DNA of 64,000 nt from an uncultured virus (IMG/VR IMGVR_UViG_3300008952_000034). Its lineage: Duplodnaviria > Heunggongvirae > Uroviricota > Caudoviricetes. Of this stretch, positions 1 through 10,218 are shown in pieces. Positions within the stretch are counted from its first letter, which is position 1. Each line of letters starts with the position of its first letter. Both the position numbers and the translations under genes were made by a program. The stretch lies in the IMG/VR virus record IMGVR_UViG_3300008952_000034, positions 1 to 64,000 of that record; one strand, 5' to 3'. Under the pieces are notes generated by a model that saw only the letters and a list, made by a program, of their open reading frames with translations, was not told where the DNA came from and searched no databases.

Positions 1-627
1 GTGTGGTTAGAAAAATATGTTGCAAAAGATTTAACTGCACCCCAATATAATAAAATTGACGGCTTGTTAAATTATCTTAAAGTAAGAGGCATAGATCCTA
101 CATGGTATGATTTTATGTACTCACCTGATATGTATTTTAATTTTAATCAACGTTTAATTATTCCGTTCTATTGGAGGGGTGACGTTGTAGGTTACACTGG
201 TAGACTATTTGAAGATATTGAAAAAGTAAAATATGTTACAGATGTGCAACCGGGTTATGTGTTTAATATGGACACGCAAGATTGGACAAGAAAATTTGTT
301 ATTGTAACAGAAGGACCGTTTGATGCTATTACCGTTTCTGGAGTAAGCATACTAGGATCAGAGATAAATGACGTACAGCGAGAGCTGATAAACAATTTAA
401 ATAGACAGGTAATTGTAGTACCTGATAGAGATGCACCAGGAGAAAAATTGATTAATCAAGCAATAGAATTTGGATGGAGTGTTGCGTTTCCAGAATGGGA
501 TAAAACGGTTGATGATGTAGCCGAAGCTGTGTTAAAATATGGTAGACTGTTTACTATACAATCGATATTAAAATCAACAGAGTCTAGTAAACTTAAAATA
601 GACTTAAAGAGAAAGATGTATGGCTGA
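1..627 (+). CDS. DNA primase (T4 gp61/DnaG-type TOPRIM), 5'-truncated by window edge
   Basis: RLIIPF, TEGPFDA and PDRDAPG TOPRIM motifs; overlaps helicase start. Confidence 0.9.
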   Translation: MWLEKYVAKDLTAPQYNKIDGLLNYLKVRGIDPTWYDFMYSPDMYFNFNQRLIIPFYWRGDVVGYTGRLFEDIEKVKYVTDVQPGYVFNMDTQDWTRKFVIVTEGPFDAITVSGVSILGSEINDVQRELINNLNRQVIVVPDRDAPGEKLINQAIEFGWSVAFPEWDKTVDDVAEAVLKYGRLFTIQSILKSTESSKLKIDLKRKMYG

Positions 628-2047
628 TTATACTTTTGATGTACAAAAACTTTATTTAGAAATGTTCTTAGCAGATGCTGAATCATTTGCAAGAGCAAGT
701 AATATCTTTACACCAAAAAGTTTTGATAGAAAATTACAACCAATTGCAAAATTTATTAAAAATTACGTTGAAGAATACAAAGTTATGCCTGAAGTTGATC
801 AGGTTAATGCTAAACACGATATCAAATTAAAAGGTGCAAAAGATTTAGATCCATCTCACTTCTCATGGTTGTTAGATGAATTTGAAACATTTTCTAGACA
901 TAAGGCACTTGAAGGTGCAATACTCCAATCAGCTGATATGCTTGAAAAGGGCGACTATGCTCCAGTAGAGGATATGATTAAAGATGCAGTTGCAGTTGGA
1001 TTAACTCGTGATCTAGGTACAGACTACTTTGAAGATCCAAAAAGTAGACTTGAGTTCTTAAAGAGCTCAAACGGACAAGTCAGCACAGGTTGGCCAGCAA
1101 TTGACAAGAAACTCTTTGGTGGATTTAATAAAGGTGAACTAAACATTTTCGCAGGCGGATCAGGCGCAGGAAAAAGTTTGTTCTTACAAAATCTTGCAGT
1201 TAACTGGGCAATGGCTGGCTTGAACGTAGTATACATATCTTTTGAATTATCTGAATCGTTGGCGGCTATGAGGATAGATGCAATGACAACTAACATACCA
1301 ACAAGGCAAGTTATGAAACAAATGTCTGATGTTGAGATGAAAGTTAAAATGCTAAAGAAAAAAGCAGGTAACTTACAATTAAAATATATGCCAAGTGGTT
1401 ATACAATAATGGATATTAAAACTTATATAAAAGAATTAGAACTTAAAAACAAAAAGAAAATAGATTGTATACTAATTGATTACTTAGACTTAATGATGCC
1501 AAAAAGTAAAAAGGTATCTCCAAGTGATTTGTTTGTAAAGGACAAATACGTATCAGAAGAATTAAGAAATTTTGCAGTAGAGAAACAATGTTTATTAGCA
1601 ACAGCATCACAATTAAACAGAGCAAGTGTTGAAGAAATAGAATTTGATCATTCTCATATAGCAGGTGGACTATCTAAAGTACAAACAGCAGATAATGTGA
1701 TAGGTATCTTTACAAGTAGAGCTATGAGAGAGCGTGGAAGATATCAAATACAATTCATGAAAACCAGATCAAGTTCGGGTGTTGGACATAAAGTTGATTT
1801 AGAGTTTGACATTGAAACATTAAGAATACGAAATCTTGAAGAGGAGGAACAAAAATCTTCATTTGCATATAAAACATCAACAGTGTATGACACACTTAAA
1901 CAGAAGTCAAAAATAACTCCTTCCGATGCAACTCCTAACTTAGACCCTACCAAAGGTGAAGCTATGGGTGTTAAACAAAAAGCAGAAGTTGAAGGTACTA
2001 AATTAAGAAAACTACTAAACGAACTACACTCAGACGAAGAGCAGTAA
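620..2047 (+). CDS. Replicative helicase, T4 gp41/DnaB-like
   Basis: Walker A GGSGAGKS, YISFELS, LIDYLDL, TASQLNR motifs. Confidence 0.95.
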   Translation: MADYTFDVQKLYLEMFLADAESFARASNIFTPKSFDRKLQPIAKFIKNYVEEYKVMPEVDQVNAKHDIKLKGAKDLDPSHFSWLLDEFETFSRHKALEGAILQSADMLEKGDYAPVEDMIKDAVAVGLTRDLGTDYFEDPKSRLEFLKSSNGQVSTGWPAIDKKLFGGFNKGELNIFAGGSGAGKSLFLQNLAVNWAMAGLNVVYISFELSESLAAMRIDAMTTNIPTRQVMKQMSDVEMKVKMLKKKAGNLQLKYMPSGYTIMDIKTYIKELELKNKKKIDCILIDYLDLMMPKSKKVSPSDLFVKDKYVSEELRNFAVEKQCLLATASQLNRASVEEIEFDHSHIAGGLSKVQTADNVIGIFTSRAMRERGRYQIQFMKTRSSSGVGHKVDLEFDIETLRIRNLEEEEQKSSFAYKTSTVYDTLKQKSKITPSDATPNLDPTKGEAMGVKQKAEVEGTKLRKLLNELHSDEEQ

Positions 2048-2193
2048 GCGTAAATTTTTTAAATTGTGTTTTTTAAAAATACGCGAATGCGTAAAAATGC
2101 GTAAAGACAACCTGTCCTTTTTGAACTAACCACCTTTAATTGTATGTTCTGTAAAATTGTAGCACCTTATACTAACACTTTAAATAGTACATT

Positions 2194-2373
2194 ATGGGAA
2201 TACACTACGACTATAAAAGCACTAGGGCTGAGAAGCATTTACGTAAGAAGCAGAAAAAAGACGAAAGACGTAATCGTAAAAAACGTACGACTAAATCTTC
2301 TGAAAATGTTATTCCGTTAGATAAACTAATAACACTTGATATGTTAACAGACCCTAAAAGAAATGACATTTAA
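2194..2373 (+). CDS. Small basic protein, 59 aa (MGIHYDYKSTRAEKHLRKKQKK...), not in ORF track
   Basis: ATG 7 nt after TAAATA (2181); open to TAA 2371-2373. Confidence 0.65.
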   Translation: MGIHYDYKSTRAEKHLRKKQKKDERRNRKKRTTKSSENVIPLDKLITLDMLTDPKRNDI

Positions 2374-2548
2374 TATTAGTAGTCACCAAATATATCGCTT
2401 TCCGTGTATTGGTGTATGCAGTATAGATGCGGAAAGCGGATACTGTTTAGGATGTAGTCGCACTGAAGAAGAAGTATATAAGTGGGAAGATCCAAATACT
2501 ACTGACGAATGGAAGAAGAAGAACGAAGAAGAATTAAAAAATAGATGA
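2363..2548 (+). CDS. DUF1289-family small Cys protein
   Basis: PCIGVC...GYCLGCSRTEEE signature. Confidence 0.8.
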   Translation: MTFNISSHQIYRFPCIGVCSIDAESGYCLGCSRTEEEVYKWEDPNTTDEWKKKNEEELKNR

Positions 2549-3600
2549 TAAATCAGAGACTATTTGATCATTACAAAATAGACACAAAGAAAAATTTACA
2601 AATTAAAAATATATGTCCAAGGCCATATGATACTATCTTAATAGATAAAAATGGATCTTGTTATGCTTGTGAATGCACATCGTGGTTACCACAAAGCATA
2701 GGAAACTTACAATTACAAAACTTATCTGAAATTACTGGGTCAGAAATACACAACCTTTTGCGAGAATCTGTAAGTGATGAAACATATCGTTACTGCAATG
2801 AGCACCAATGTTCTTATATAAAATCTGGAGCAGTATTAAATGATAATACAAATAAACTTAGACATCTACGTTTAGCTATTGACGATTCTTGTAATTTAAG
2901 ATGTCCTAGTTGCAGAAAAGGATTAATATTTCATAAAAACGGATCAGCATTTAGATTAGGCATTAAACTTGCTAATAAAATTAATAATTTTTTACAACAA
3001 GGAATAAATTATGATTTATTCCCCACACCCATTACAGTACATATAGGTTCGGATGGCGATCCTTTTGCTTCACACGTGTACAGACATTTCATGGAACAAA
3101 CACCAAAAAGCAAAATGATTCGTTATTCTATTTTGACAAACGCACTTATGTTTGAGGACTTTCATACAAAAGTACCACACATTATAAACAGTTTAGACGA
3201 ATTAGGAGTTAGTATTGATGGTGCTAGTAAAGAAACGTATGAGAAACTAAGACTAGGTGGCAAGTGGGACAACATTCATCGCAATTTAAAATGTATAGCT
3301 AACTTAAAACAAAAACATAATTTTAGATTTATATTACACTTTGTTGTACAAAAAGACAACTATCACGAAATGGAAAAAATTATTGACCTAGGCGAACAAT
3401 ACGGTGCTGACAGAGTTTGGCTTAACAAGATTGAAGACTGGGGTACCATAGACGATTTTAAAACACAAAACATATTTGAAACAACAGATTACAAACGTCA
3501 ACTAGACAATGTTGTGCAACGTATACAAAAACGCAATGATAGATTTATTGAGTGTCCTACATTAATAAGTGAAGCAGTTCGTTATAGAACCAAAAAATAA
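2545..3600 (+). CDS. Radical SAM protein with N-terminal Cys-rich (SPASM/twitch-like) region
   Basis: CNLRCPSC, GDPF, SIDG, extra N-terminal Cys. Confidence 0.9.
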   Translation: MINQRLFDHYKIDTKKNLQIKNICPRPYDTILIDKNGSCYACECTSWLPQSIGNLQLQNLSEITGSEIHNLLRESVSDETYRYCNEHQCSYIKSGAVLNDNTNKLRHLRLAIDDSCNLRCPSCRKGLIFHKNGSAFRLGIKLANKINNFLQQGINYDLFPTPITVHIGSDGDPFASHVYRHFMEQTPKSKMIRYSILTNALMFEDFHTKVPHIINSLDELGVSIDGASKETYEKLRLGGKWDNIHRNLKCIANLKQKHNFRFILHFVVQKDNYHEMEKIIDLGEQYGADRVWLNKIEDWGTIDDFKTQNIFETTDYKRQLDNVVQRIQKRNDRFIECPTLISEAVRYRTKK

Positions 3601-3602
3601 TT

Positions 3603-4184
3603 TTATATTTCGCCTAGTTGACCTTCGTTTATGTTCTCTTTAAAACGTTTTACGTGTGTTTCTCTTGCCCACTGTTCTTCTTCTTTAGTTGGATTTAAAT
3701 AATTTATTGGTTCTTTATAGAAACAAAAACTAAATTGTAATCTAGGTATTTTTGGATTTTTACCCATGTCTATTCCGTGTAAAATATCAGAACGTAATAC
3801 AATTGGTGTAATACACTCAACTCTGTCTATTTCGTTCCTATCTTCATCATACCAGGTATTATAGGTATTTTTAGTGTTTAATACTGGAAAATTTATTTTT
3901 GCTATTACCGGGGGTCTGTCTATATGAGTTTCTACTTGGTGAGTGGAATTGGTCCCCCAGTAAGTATAAGACATATCTCTAACTTTTAAATGCATACTAT
4001 CAAACCATTTTCGCAATTCTAAATTTTCGTTTGATGAATAAAAATATTGTTTAACTTGTTCGCGGGTACAGGTGTTCCAAAAGCCTTTGGGTTTATCGTG
4101 GGCGGTAATACCTAAAAAAAATCCGTACAGGCTATCAGCAATTTTTTGTTGCTTTTCGCAATCCAAAATAAAATATGACTTCAT
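3603..4184 (-). CDS. Hypothetical protein, possibly 2OG-Fe(II)/cupin-like
   Basis: HID...INFP...HG...R pattern. Confidence 0.45.
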   Translation of the reverse strand: MKSYFILDCEKQQKIADSLYGFFLGITAHDKPKGFWNTCTREQVKQYFYSSNENLELRKWFDSMHLKVRDMSYTYWGTNSTHQVETHIDRPPVIAKINFPVLNTKNTYNTWYDEDRNEIDRVECITPIVLRSDILHGIDMGKNPKIPRLQFSFCFYKEPINYLNPTKEEEQWARETHVKRFKENINEGQLGEI

Positions 4185-4190
4185 GTGCAG

Positions 4191-4200
4191 TATTTAAATA
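4191..4200. promoter_or_regulatory. Overlapping bidirectional late-type promoter TATTTAAATA
   Basis: TAAATA on both strands between divergent ATGs at 4184 and 4216. Confidence 0.55.
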
Positions 4201-4215
4201 CTCTTTAACACTCAT

Positions 4216-4725
4216 ATGAAAATTGCGATTACAGGACATAAAAAAGGTATTGGTAAAGCATTTGCAGAACAACTTGCTGAAAAAGGACACGAAATAGTTG
4301 GTATATCTAGAAGTGATGGAGAAAACATTCGTAGAACAACACACACAGCATCGTTAATAGAACCCTGTGATTTGCTTATAAACAATGCTATAAGTTTTTA
4401 TGCACAAACAGAACTTCTATTTGAAGTTTGGCATAGGTGGTCTACAGCAAAAGAAGTTCACTACATCTGGAACATATCAACAAAACTTTGTGAACATACT
4501 GAAGATATTACTATAAAGGGATTAACAATGAGAGAGTCAATGCAATATAGAAACCAAAAGATGGCTCTTGAATTGGCACACCAGCAACTTGAATCACAAC
4601 CTAGTAATATTAAGATGTCACTAATACGTCCAGGAAGTGTTAACACACAAACATTTAGTGAAGCAAACAGTATATCTGCTGAAGAATATGTCAAGGGAGT
4701 ATTAAATGCTTACCCACTGGAATAA
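4216..4725 (+). CDS. Short-chain dehydrogenase/reductase
   Basis: TGHKKGIG, INNA, YRNQK (YxxxK), IRPG. Confidence 0.85.
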   Translation: MKIAITGHKKGIGKAFAEQLAEKGHEIVGISRSDGENIRRTTHTASLIEPCDLLINNAISFYAQTELLFEVWHRWSTAKEVHYIWNISTKLCEHTEDITIKGLTMRESMQYRNQKMALELAHQQLESQPSNIKMSLIRPGSVNTQTFSEANSISAEEYVKGVLNAYPLE

Positions 4726-5233
4726 ACTTATTAATACCGACTGTACTGTTATTGATATTGGGGTTAATACAATCTATCCTATATTTAAAAATGGCTCTAG
4801 TAGTTTAATGGCTGTTGCAGATAAAACTTATGTTAACAAACAAATTGCTAATTGTAACAATATTATTATACTGTTAAGAGATCCGGAAGAGCGTTTTGTT
4901 TCTGGAATCAATGAATACTGTAAACAAAACAATCTAGATGTTAGAGACACATGGGAATTAGTTTACAACGACAAAATAATAAACAGACATTTTGCTCCAC
5001 AATGGTTATGGCTATTTCATTTATATAAATTTTATCGAGGCAAGGTAATATTAAAACCGTTTAAAACTATAAAGGAATATTGCAAAGTTCATACAAACAA
5101 AGAAAAAAAGAAAACAGATGTTGCTTTAATAAAACAATTTGTTGAGGTGGATTATGAACTAATAGAAAACCATTTAAACAAACCTATATTACTTGAAAAA
5201 TTAATTAGAAAGTATAAAAATGTTTTGTCCTAG
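4706..5233 (+). CDS. Sulfotransferase-like protein
   Basis: IFKNGSSS (5'-PSB-like) and LRDPEERFVSG (3'-PB-like). Confidence 0.6.
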   Translation: MLTHWNKLINTDCTVIDIGVNTIYPIFKNGSSSLMAVADKTYVNKQIANCNNIIILLRDPEERFVSGINEYCKQNNLDVRDTWELVYNDKIINRHFAPQWLWLFHLYKFYRGKVILKPFKTIKEYCKVHTNKEKKKTDVALIKQFVEVDYELIENHLNKPILLEKLIRKYKNVLS

Positions 5234-6242
5234 GCTAGAACACTTTATTAGATTAAATCAAGATGGCACTATTGGCAAGTGTGGACATATGGTTAAAGCT
5301 AAAGGATTTAAAACATTTAACGAATTACATAACAGTCAATGGCTTAAAAAAATACAAATGGATATGATTTTTGACAAGTGGCCAGATGAGTGCATGAGGT
5401 GTAAACAAACAGAAGATACAACAGGTGAAAGCATTCGTACTAAAAGTATAACAAGACATAAGATGTTACATCCACTCAAAGAAGATTACTTGGTTGTTGG
5501 TGGTGTGTTAGATAATGTATGCAACAGTGCTTGTCAAACTTGTAATGCTGGACTATCAACCAAAATTGGTAGTTTAGAAAAAAATTATATAAAAACAAAT
5601 AACTTTGCAAAGTTTCTTAAACTTCCACAAAGTAGAATTTTAGAAGTAGATGTCAATGGTGGTGAACCTACTGCTAGTAAAAATTATAAAAAATTATTAG
5701 CTAACTTGCCTCGTAAGACAAAAATAGTTAGAATGAATACCAACGGTTCAAGAATGATTGATGAAATAATAACATTACTCAAAAAGAAAATTATGGTTAT
5801 TGTTACAATAAGTCTTGATGGTGTAGGTGATGTTCACGACTATGTACGTTGGCCAATTAAATGGAAAGATTATACAAAAACTGTAGAAAAATATAAAAAA
5901 TTACAAGAACAATACAAACTACTTAAATTAGATTTTTGGACTACTGTTAGTTGCTTAAACGTAGGAGACTTACCTAACATTATAGAATATGCAAAAAATA
6001 AAAACATACCACACGCATGGGCATTTTTGAACACGCCTGATGCTTTAAATGTAAAATATAAAAACAATTTAACAACCAATGCCAAACATATAGCACCAGA
6101 TAAAATTGCTATTGCTGAAAATAATTCTAACCAACTTAGACTTTTTATTAAAAAACAAGACTATGTTAGAAAAATTAATATTAGAGATTATTTGAGTTTT
6201 AATCTAAACTTATTTAGGAATAATTTAGCAAATCTTTTATGA
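5220..6242 (+). CDS. Radical SAM protein with N-terminal twitch-like region
   Basis: CNSACQTC, GGEP, TNG, SLDG. Confidence 0.9.
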   Translation: MFCPRLEHFIRLNQDGTIGKCGHMVKAKGFKTFNELHNSQWLKKIQMDMIFDKWPDECMRCKQTEDTTGESIRTKSITRHKMLHPLKEDYLVVGGVLDNVCNSACQTCNAGLSTKIGSLEKNYIKTNNFAKFLKLPQSRILEVDVNGGEPTASKNYKKLLANLPRKTKIVRMNTNGSRMIDEIITLLKKKIMVIVTISLDGVGDVHDYVRWPIKWKDYTKTVEKYKKLQEQYKLLKLDFWTTVSCLNVGDLPNIIEYAKNKNIPHAWAFLNTPDALNVKYKNNLTTNAKHIAPDKIAIAENNSNQLRLFIKKQDYVRKINIRDYLSFNLNLFRNNLANLL

Positions 6243-6931
6243 TGTTCTACACCATAATGTATAAGATCTTTAGCTAAATTTGGTTCAGTTATTCTTTTTC
6301 TTTGTGCACCTTCTCCAAGATGTTTATCCCATACTGGCCAGCAGTTTTTAATAGTTGTATCACTAAAAATGTTTGCTACTTTTGGTGTGTTGTACACTTC
6401 TTGAGCAAAGCAATGAAATGTTTTTGCTTGTATTTTTTCTGCAAATTTTTCAACAAAAAAAACATTTTTTAAAAAGTTATTAAGATCTGTACTTTCATTT
6501 TCGTCTTTTAGTCTTGGATTATTACTTGTTAAATTTTCGGGTTTTCGATCTAATCTTTCTCTACGACTCCATTCTGGCCAACATACAATTATTATATTAG
6601 GAAACAATACTTTTTCACAACCATACAAAATACGCACAATTTTATCAGCACTTGCACCTGGTTGTCCTAAATTCCAATATCTTAATCTATCAGTATTATG
6701 TTTTGAAAGAAAACTTACCCAATACTCATTATCGTCTGAGCCAACACCAAACGTATGTGAACAACCTAATATCACAACATTCTTTTTTCCGTCTGGTACA
6801 TTAAATTCAGGACAACGATATCCATGAGAATTTAATTTATAAGAGAATTGTTTTATTTTACTTTTACTAATAAAAGTTGGCTGTTCTTCTGACTTGGGTA
6901 ATTCCTTATCACTGTAATATCCAAACTTCAT
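6188..6931 (-). CDS. SGNH/GDSL-like hydrolase or acyltransferase
   Basis: LGCSHTFG, NLGQPG, DLIHYG. Confidence 0.6.
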   Translation of the reverse strand: MKFGYYSDKELPKSEEQPTFISKSKIKQFSYKLNSHGYRCPEFNVPDGKKNVVILGCSHTFGVGSDDNEYWVSFLSKHNTDRLRYWNLGQPGASADKIVRILYGCEKVLFPNIIIVCWPEWSRRERLDRKPENLTSNNPRLKDENESTDLNNFLKNVFFVEKFAEKIQAKTFHCFAQEVYNTPKVANIFSDTTIKNCWPVWDKHLGEGAQRKRITEPNLAKDLIHYGVEHHKRFAKLFLNKFRLKLK

Positions 6932-6953
6932 AAAAGTAATTATAGAAAGAGCA

Positions 6954-7029
6954 TGGCGGTCTGTATGGGATTCGAACCCATGATCTTCCCCGTGACAGGG
7001 GGACGTGTTGACCGCTACACTAACAGACC
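6954..7029 (-). tRNA. tRNA-Asp(GTC)
   Basis: 76-nt cloverleaf GGTCTGT...ACAGACC-G-CCA, anticodon loop CTGTCAC, TTCGAAT T-loop. Confidence 0.95.
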
Positions 7030-7037
7030 GTTATGAT

Positions 7038-7469
7038 CTATTCAGTTACTGGGCAGTTTGGATTTTCAAGTGCATCATCCAATCGCCATTTTGCATCATT
7101 TAAAGCTAAAGTATTTGCAGATAATTCAGCTTGTAAGTTAGCAACTTCTACTTCTAGGTCAACTCTTACAGAGTCTACTTGATTTAGTTTAGCACTAACT
7201 TCGGTTGCTTGTCCTTGCCATCCTAAAATTTCGCTTTGTAATCCTGCTATCGCATCATCACGAACAGCTACTTCCATTGCCATTGCTTCTAACGTAGTTT
7301 CATTTAACGCCTCTAACGTTGAAATTTCTGTAATAGCATTGTCTAGATCTGCTTGTAAACCTTTAATAGATTTAGAGTTATCTGATACAATGTATAACAA
7401 AGCAACTACAAGAATAAAGTAAGCCCATGAAGCTGGTCTGCCAAGTTCTTTTTTTATTTTTTCTATCAT
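7038..7469 (-). CDS. Membrane-anchored coiled-coil protein
   Basis: N-terminal TM (WAYFILVVALLYIV) then heptad-rich helix. Confidence 0.6.
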   Translation of the reverse strand: MIEKIKKELGRPASWAYFILVVALLYIVSDNSKSIKGLQADLDNAITEISTLEALNETTLEAMAMEVAVRDDAIAGLQSEILGWQGQATEVSAKLNQVDSVRVDLEVEVANLQAELSANTLALNDAKWRLDDALENPNCPVTE

Positions 7470-7518
7470 AGTATTATTATTATATAGTCATATTACACTA
7501 TCTTGCAAGAAAATATTT

Positions 7519-7594
7519 TGGTGGACCGACGGGGGATCGAACCCCGGACCTCCTGAATGCAAATCAGGCGCTCTCCCAGCTGAGCTATCAGCCC
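7519..7594 (-). tRNA. tRNA-Ala(TGC)
   Basis: GGGCTGA...TCGGTCC-A-CCA with G3:U70; loop TTTGCAT. Confidence 0.95.
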
Positions 7595-7681
7595 ACAGTA
7601 ATTATGAACCAACCATACCAAAAACACCAAGTTCGCCTTTATTACCAAAAAGTGGTAATAACGTCCATTTTTACTTTTATG

Positions 7682-7757
7682 TGGTGCCCCCAGATGGACT
7701 TGAACCACCAACCTACTGATTACAAATCAGTTGCTCTACCAGTTGAGCCATGGGGGC
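7682..7757 (-). tRNA. tRNA-Thr(TGT)
   Basis: GCCCCCA...TGGGGGC-A-CCA; loop TTTGTAA. Confidence 0.95.
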
Positions 7758-7774
7758 ATAATGCACATCTTCTT

Positions 7775-8464
7775 TTACTTACAATTTTCCAATGCATGGT
7801 TAAAAAATTTGTAATAAACTTCGGTTGTAGGATTTTTTGGTTCATCCATTTGTAAAGAGTTAATATGGTTTGGGTGTAACGATTCGTCTACAAGATTTGT
7901 TTGTAATAATTTTTTTATATAGGTTTCTGAGTTATCAATTGCGTCTATTAACGATTGTTGACTAATACCTAATTTTTCTTTATGTTTACCAAACCATTCT
8001 ATATATTTTCCAAGTAATAACGGAACCTCTGGAAGTTCTTCATGAACAATAAAATCAACAATGTTTTTATTACCTGTTACTCCGGAGGTCCATGCACTAC
8101 AAATATAGTTTGGACAATCTTGTAATGCTTTGTTTAATATGTTAACTTCTTCTTTTAACAAACGTTTTAAGTATTCATTTAATTCTTTTTTAGTTTTATG
8201 ATCGGGCGGACATAGTTTAAGTTCTTTATTTTTTCCTCTACCAACTTCAGTAAGTCCTACTATTACGTAAGGTGTGTGTCCTAGTTGTTTAATTGCTTCA
8301 ACATTCTTTATAGTTCTTTGAATTATATCGTGGTTGTTGTCGCCTGGTACAGCATTATTGATTACCAACCAATTTTTAAACATACCATAATGTTGTTCTA
8401 AAAACTTTATTATCCTAGGAACTTGTAACCAACTGTCGCCATCAATGTATAAAACTTTATTCAT
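7775..8464 (-). CDS. SGNH/GDSL-like protein
   Basis: GDSW, NNAVPG, SLHPN. Confidence 0.55.
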   Translation of the reverse strand: MNKVLYIDGDSWLQVPRIIKFLEQHYGMFKNWLVINNAVPGDNNHDIIQRTIKNVEAIKQLGHTPYVIVGLTEVGRGKNKELKLCPPDHKTKKELNEYLKRLLKEEVNILNKALQDCPNYICSAWTSGVTGNKNIVDFIVHEELPEVPLLLGKYIEWFGKHKEKLGISQQSLIDAIDNSETYIKKLLQTNLVDESLHPNHINSLQMDEPKNPTTEVYYKFFNHALENCK

Positions 8465-8566
8465 TTTGTAATATATTATAGTACTTAATATGCTGTTAGT
8501 CTAGCCTTTTAAACGCACACAGAAGCACGTATACGCATGGTAAAGGTGTTGATGGAGTAACTGGTG

Positions 8567-9364
8567 CTACTCTTTTCTCATACCATTAAACACTGTTATT
8601 TTGAGTTTTGAATTATCTGCGTCAATTGATTTAAACATATCAAAATCAATATTTAATTTGTCTAATAATTTATCCATTGCCCGTACATCTTTTGGTAAAC
8701 ACATACCTCCATATCCTTTTAGGTCATCATTTACATCTAGGTATGTGTCTTTGCATCTGCCGCCTTTAACAAAAGCATTTTTAATTTTGGTATAATCACA
8801 ATTGGTTTTTTCACATAACTCATTCATTATGTTTGCAAAATTAATCTTGGTAGCGGCAAATACATTGTTATAATATTTTAAAATCTCTGCTTCGGTTGGT
8901 TTTAATCTTACTTTATCTTTTGGATAATGTCTGTGTGCTTCTACAATTTTTTGGTAAACAAAAGGATCGTTTGTTCCAACTGCAAGTACATTATGATTAT
9001 TAACAAAATCATCTTCTGCACAACGTTCTCTTAAAAACTCTGGAACAAAACAAATAGTTAAATCAGTAAAAGTGTCAATGGTTTGTTGTGTAAATCCACA
9101 TTCAACAGTAGACTTAATTGCTATTATGCCTTTATATTTTAACTGTTCTAACTCTTGTATTACTGCTGTAATAATTGATGTATCGCAACTGCCATCATCT
9201 CCTTGGGGTGTTGGTACACATATAAAAACTATTTCAGTATCAATAACATCTTTAACTTGAGATTGTAATTTAAGATCATGACATACAACAGTATGATTTA
9301 ATTTTTCAAATCCGTTTTTAATTGCTGTACCTACTACACCTACTCCTACGATACCTATTTTCAT
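8567..9364 (-). CDS. UDP-glucose/GDP-mannose 6-dehydrogenase family (short form)
   Basis: GVGVVG, CVPTP, KST, PEFLRE, GGMCLPKD. Confidence 0.9.
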   Translation of the reverse strand: MKIGIVGVGVVGTAIKNGFEKLNHTVVCHDLKLQSQVKDVIDTEIVFICVPTPQGDDGSCDTSIITAVIQELEQLKYKGIIAIKSTVECGFTQQTIDTFTDLTICFVPEFLRERCAEDDFVNNHNVLAVGTNDPFVYQKIVEAHRHYPKDKVRLKPTEAEILKYYNNVFAATKINFANIMNELCEKTNCDYTKIKNAFVKGGRCKDTYLDVNDDLKGYGGMCLPKDVRAMDKLLDKLNIDFDMFKSIDADNSKLKITVFNGMRKE

Positions 9365-10218
9365 CTTAGAGCCTCTATTGTTTTTGCGAGTCCTTTATGT
9401 AAAGGAGTATAATCATCAAACATTATCAACTCTCGTAATTGTTTAGTATCCGGACATCTACGTTTAGCACTACCTTCTGGTCCTTTATTAATTTTAAGTT
9501 TGGTAGGATCAACTCCCATTATATCTAAAATACATTTAGCAACATCTTCTATTTGTGTTTCTTCTTGTCTTCCTACGTTTACAATTTTATTTTTTGTATT
9601 TTTTACTAACTCGTGTGTTAGAAAAACTACATCATCAATGTAACAAAAACTTCTTGTATCGTTTCCATTAATATAATATTCTCCTTGTTTAACACGTTCA
9701 ACAAATTCACTTATAAAATGATCTTTTTGTTTGGGACCATATACATTAAAATAACGCAACACTAACCAGTCAAGTCCACAATTAGCAATTAAATTTTCAC
9801 CTAATGCTTTTGGTATACTATAACTCCATCTAGGATTTGTAATATCATTAAACATTACAGGAACATTTTCATCTGTAGGTACAGGATATAATTCTTTATC
9901 TATTGCTCCGTTAAAAATTTCACAAGTGCTTGTAAAAACAAATTTAGTATTTGTATTTTTATATCTTTCAATTAAGTTAAATGTTGGCAATGTATTGTTA
10001 AACGAAACTTCTGTTGGCGTTTTATAAAATAAACCTGTGCCGTTTGTTGCCGCCATATGTACAACAACATCGCAATCTGGCATACCACTTGTTACTGCTT
10101 TATCTTTAAGATCTTGTCCGTCTGCTGAATCATACGTAACCACTTCATGATAATTTTTTATAAAGTCATAATAGTGCGAACCAATAAATCCTTTGTGTCC
10201 TGTTAATACTATTTTCAT
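9361..10218 (-). CDS. NAD-dependent epimerase/dehydratase
   Basis: TGHKGFIG, YSIPK, RYFNVYGP, TRSFCYIDD. Confidence 0.9.
   Translation of the reverse strand: MKIVLTGHKGFIGSHYYDFIKNYHEVVTYDSADGQDLKDKAVTSGMPDCDVVVHMAATNGTGLFYKTPTEVSFNNTLPTFNLIERYKNTNTKFVFTSTCEIFNGAIDKELYPVPTDENVPVMFNDITNPRWSYSIPKALGENLIANCGLDWLVLRYFNVYGPKQKDHFISEFVERVKQGEYYINGNDTRSFCYIDDVVFLTHELVKNTKNKIVNVGRQEETQIEDVAKCILDIMGVDPTKLKINKGPEGSAKRRCPDTKQLRELIMFDDYTPLHKGLAKTIEALR

Noticed and set aside
2048..2105. GCGTAAA x3 and a small TACGC/GCGTA hairpin after the helicase
   Set aside because: Too short to separate from an ordinary terminator or chance.
7038..7469. i-spanin assignment for the TM + coiled-coil protein
   Set aside because: No adjacent or embedded o-spanin lipoprotein or lysis genes were seen.
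7493..7855. Track ORFs 7493-7711 and 7604-7855
   Set aside because: They overlap canonical tRNA-Ala and tRNA-Thr genes.
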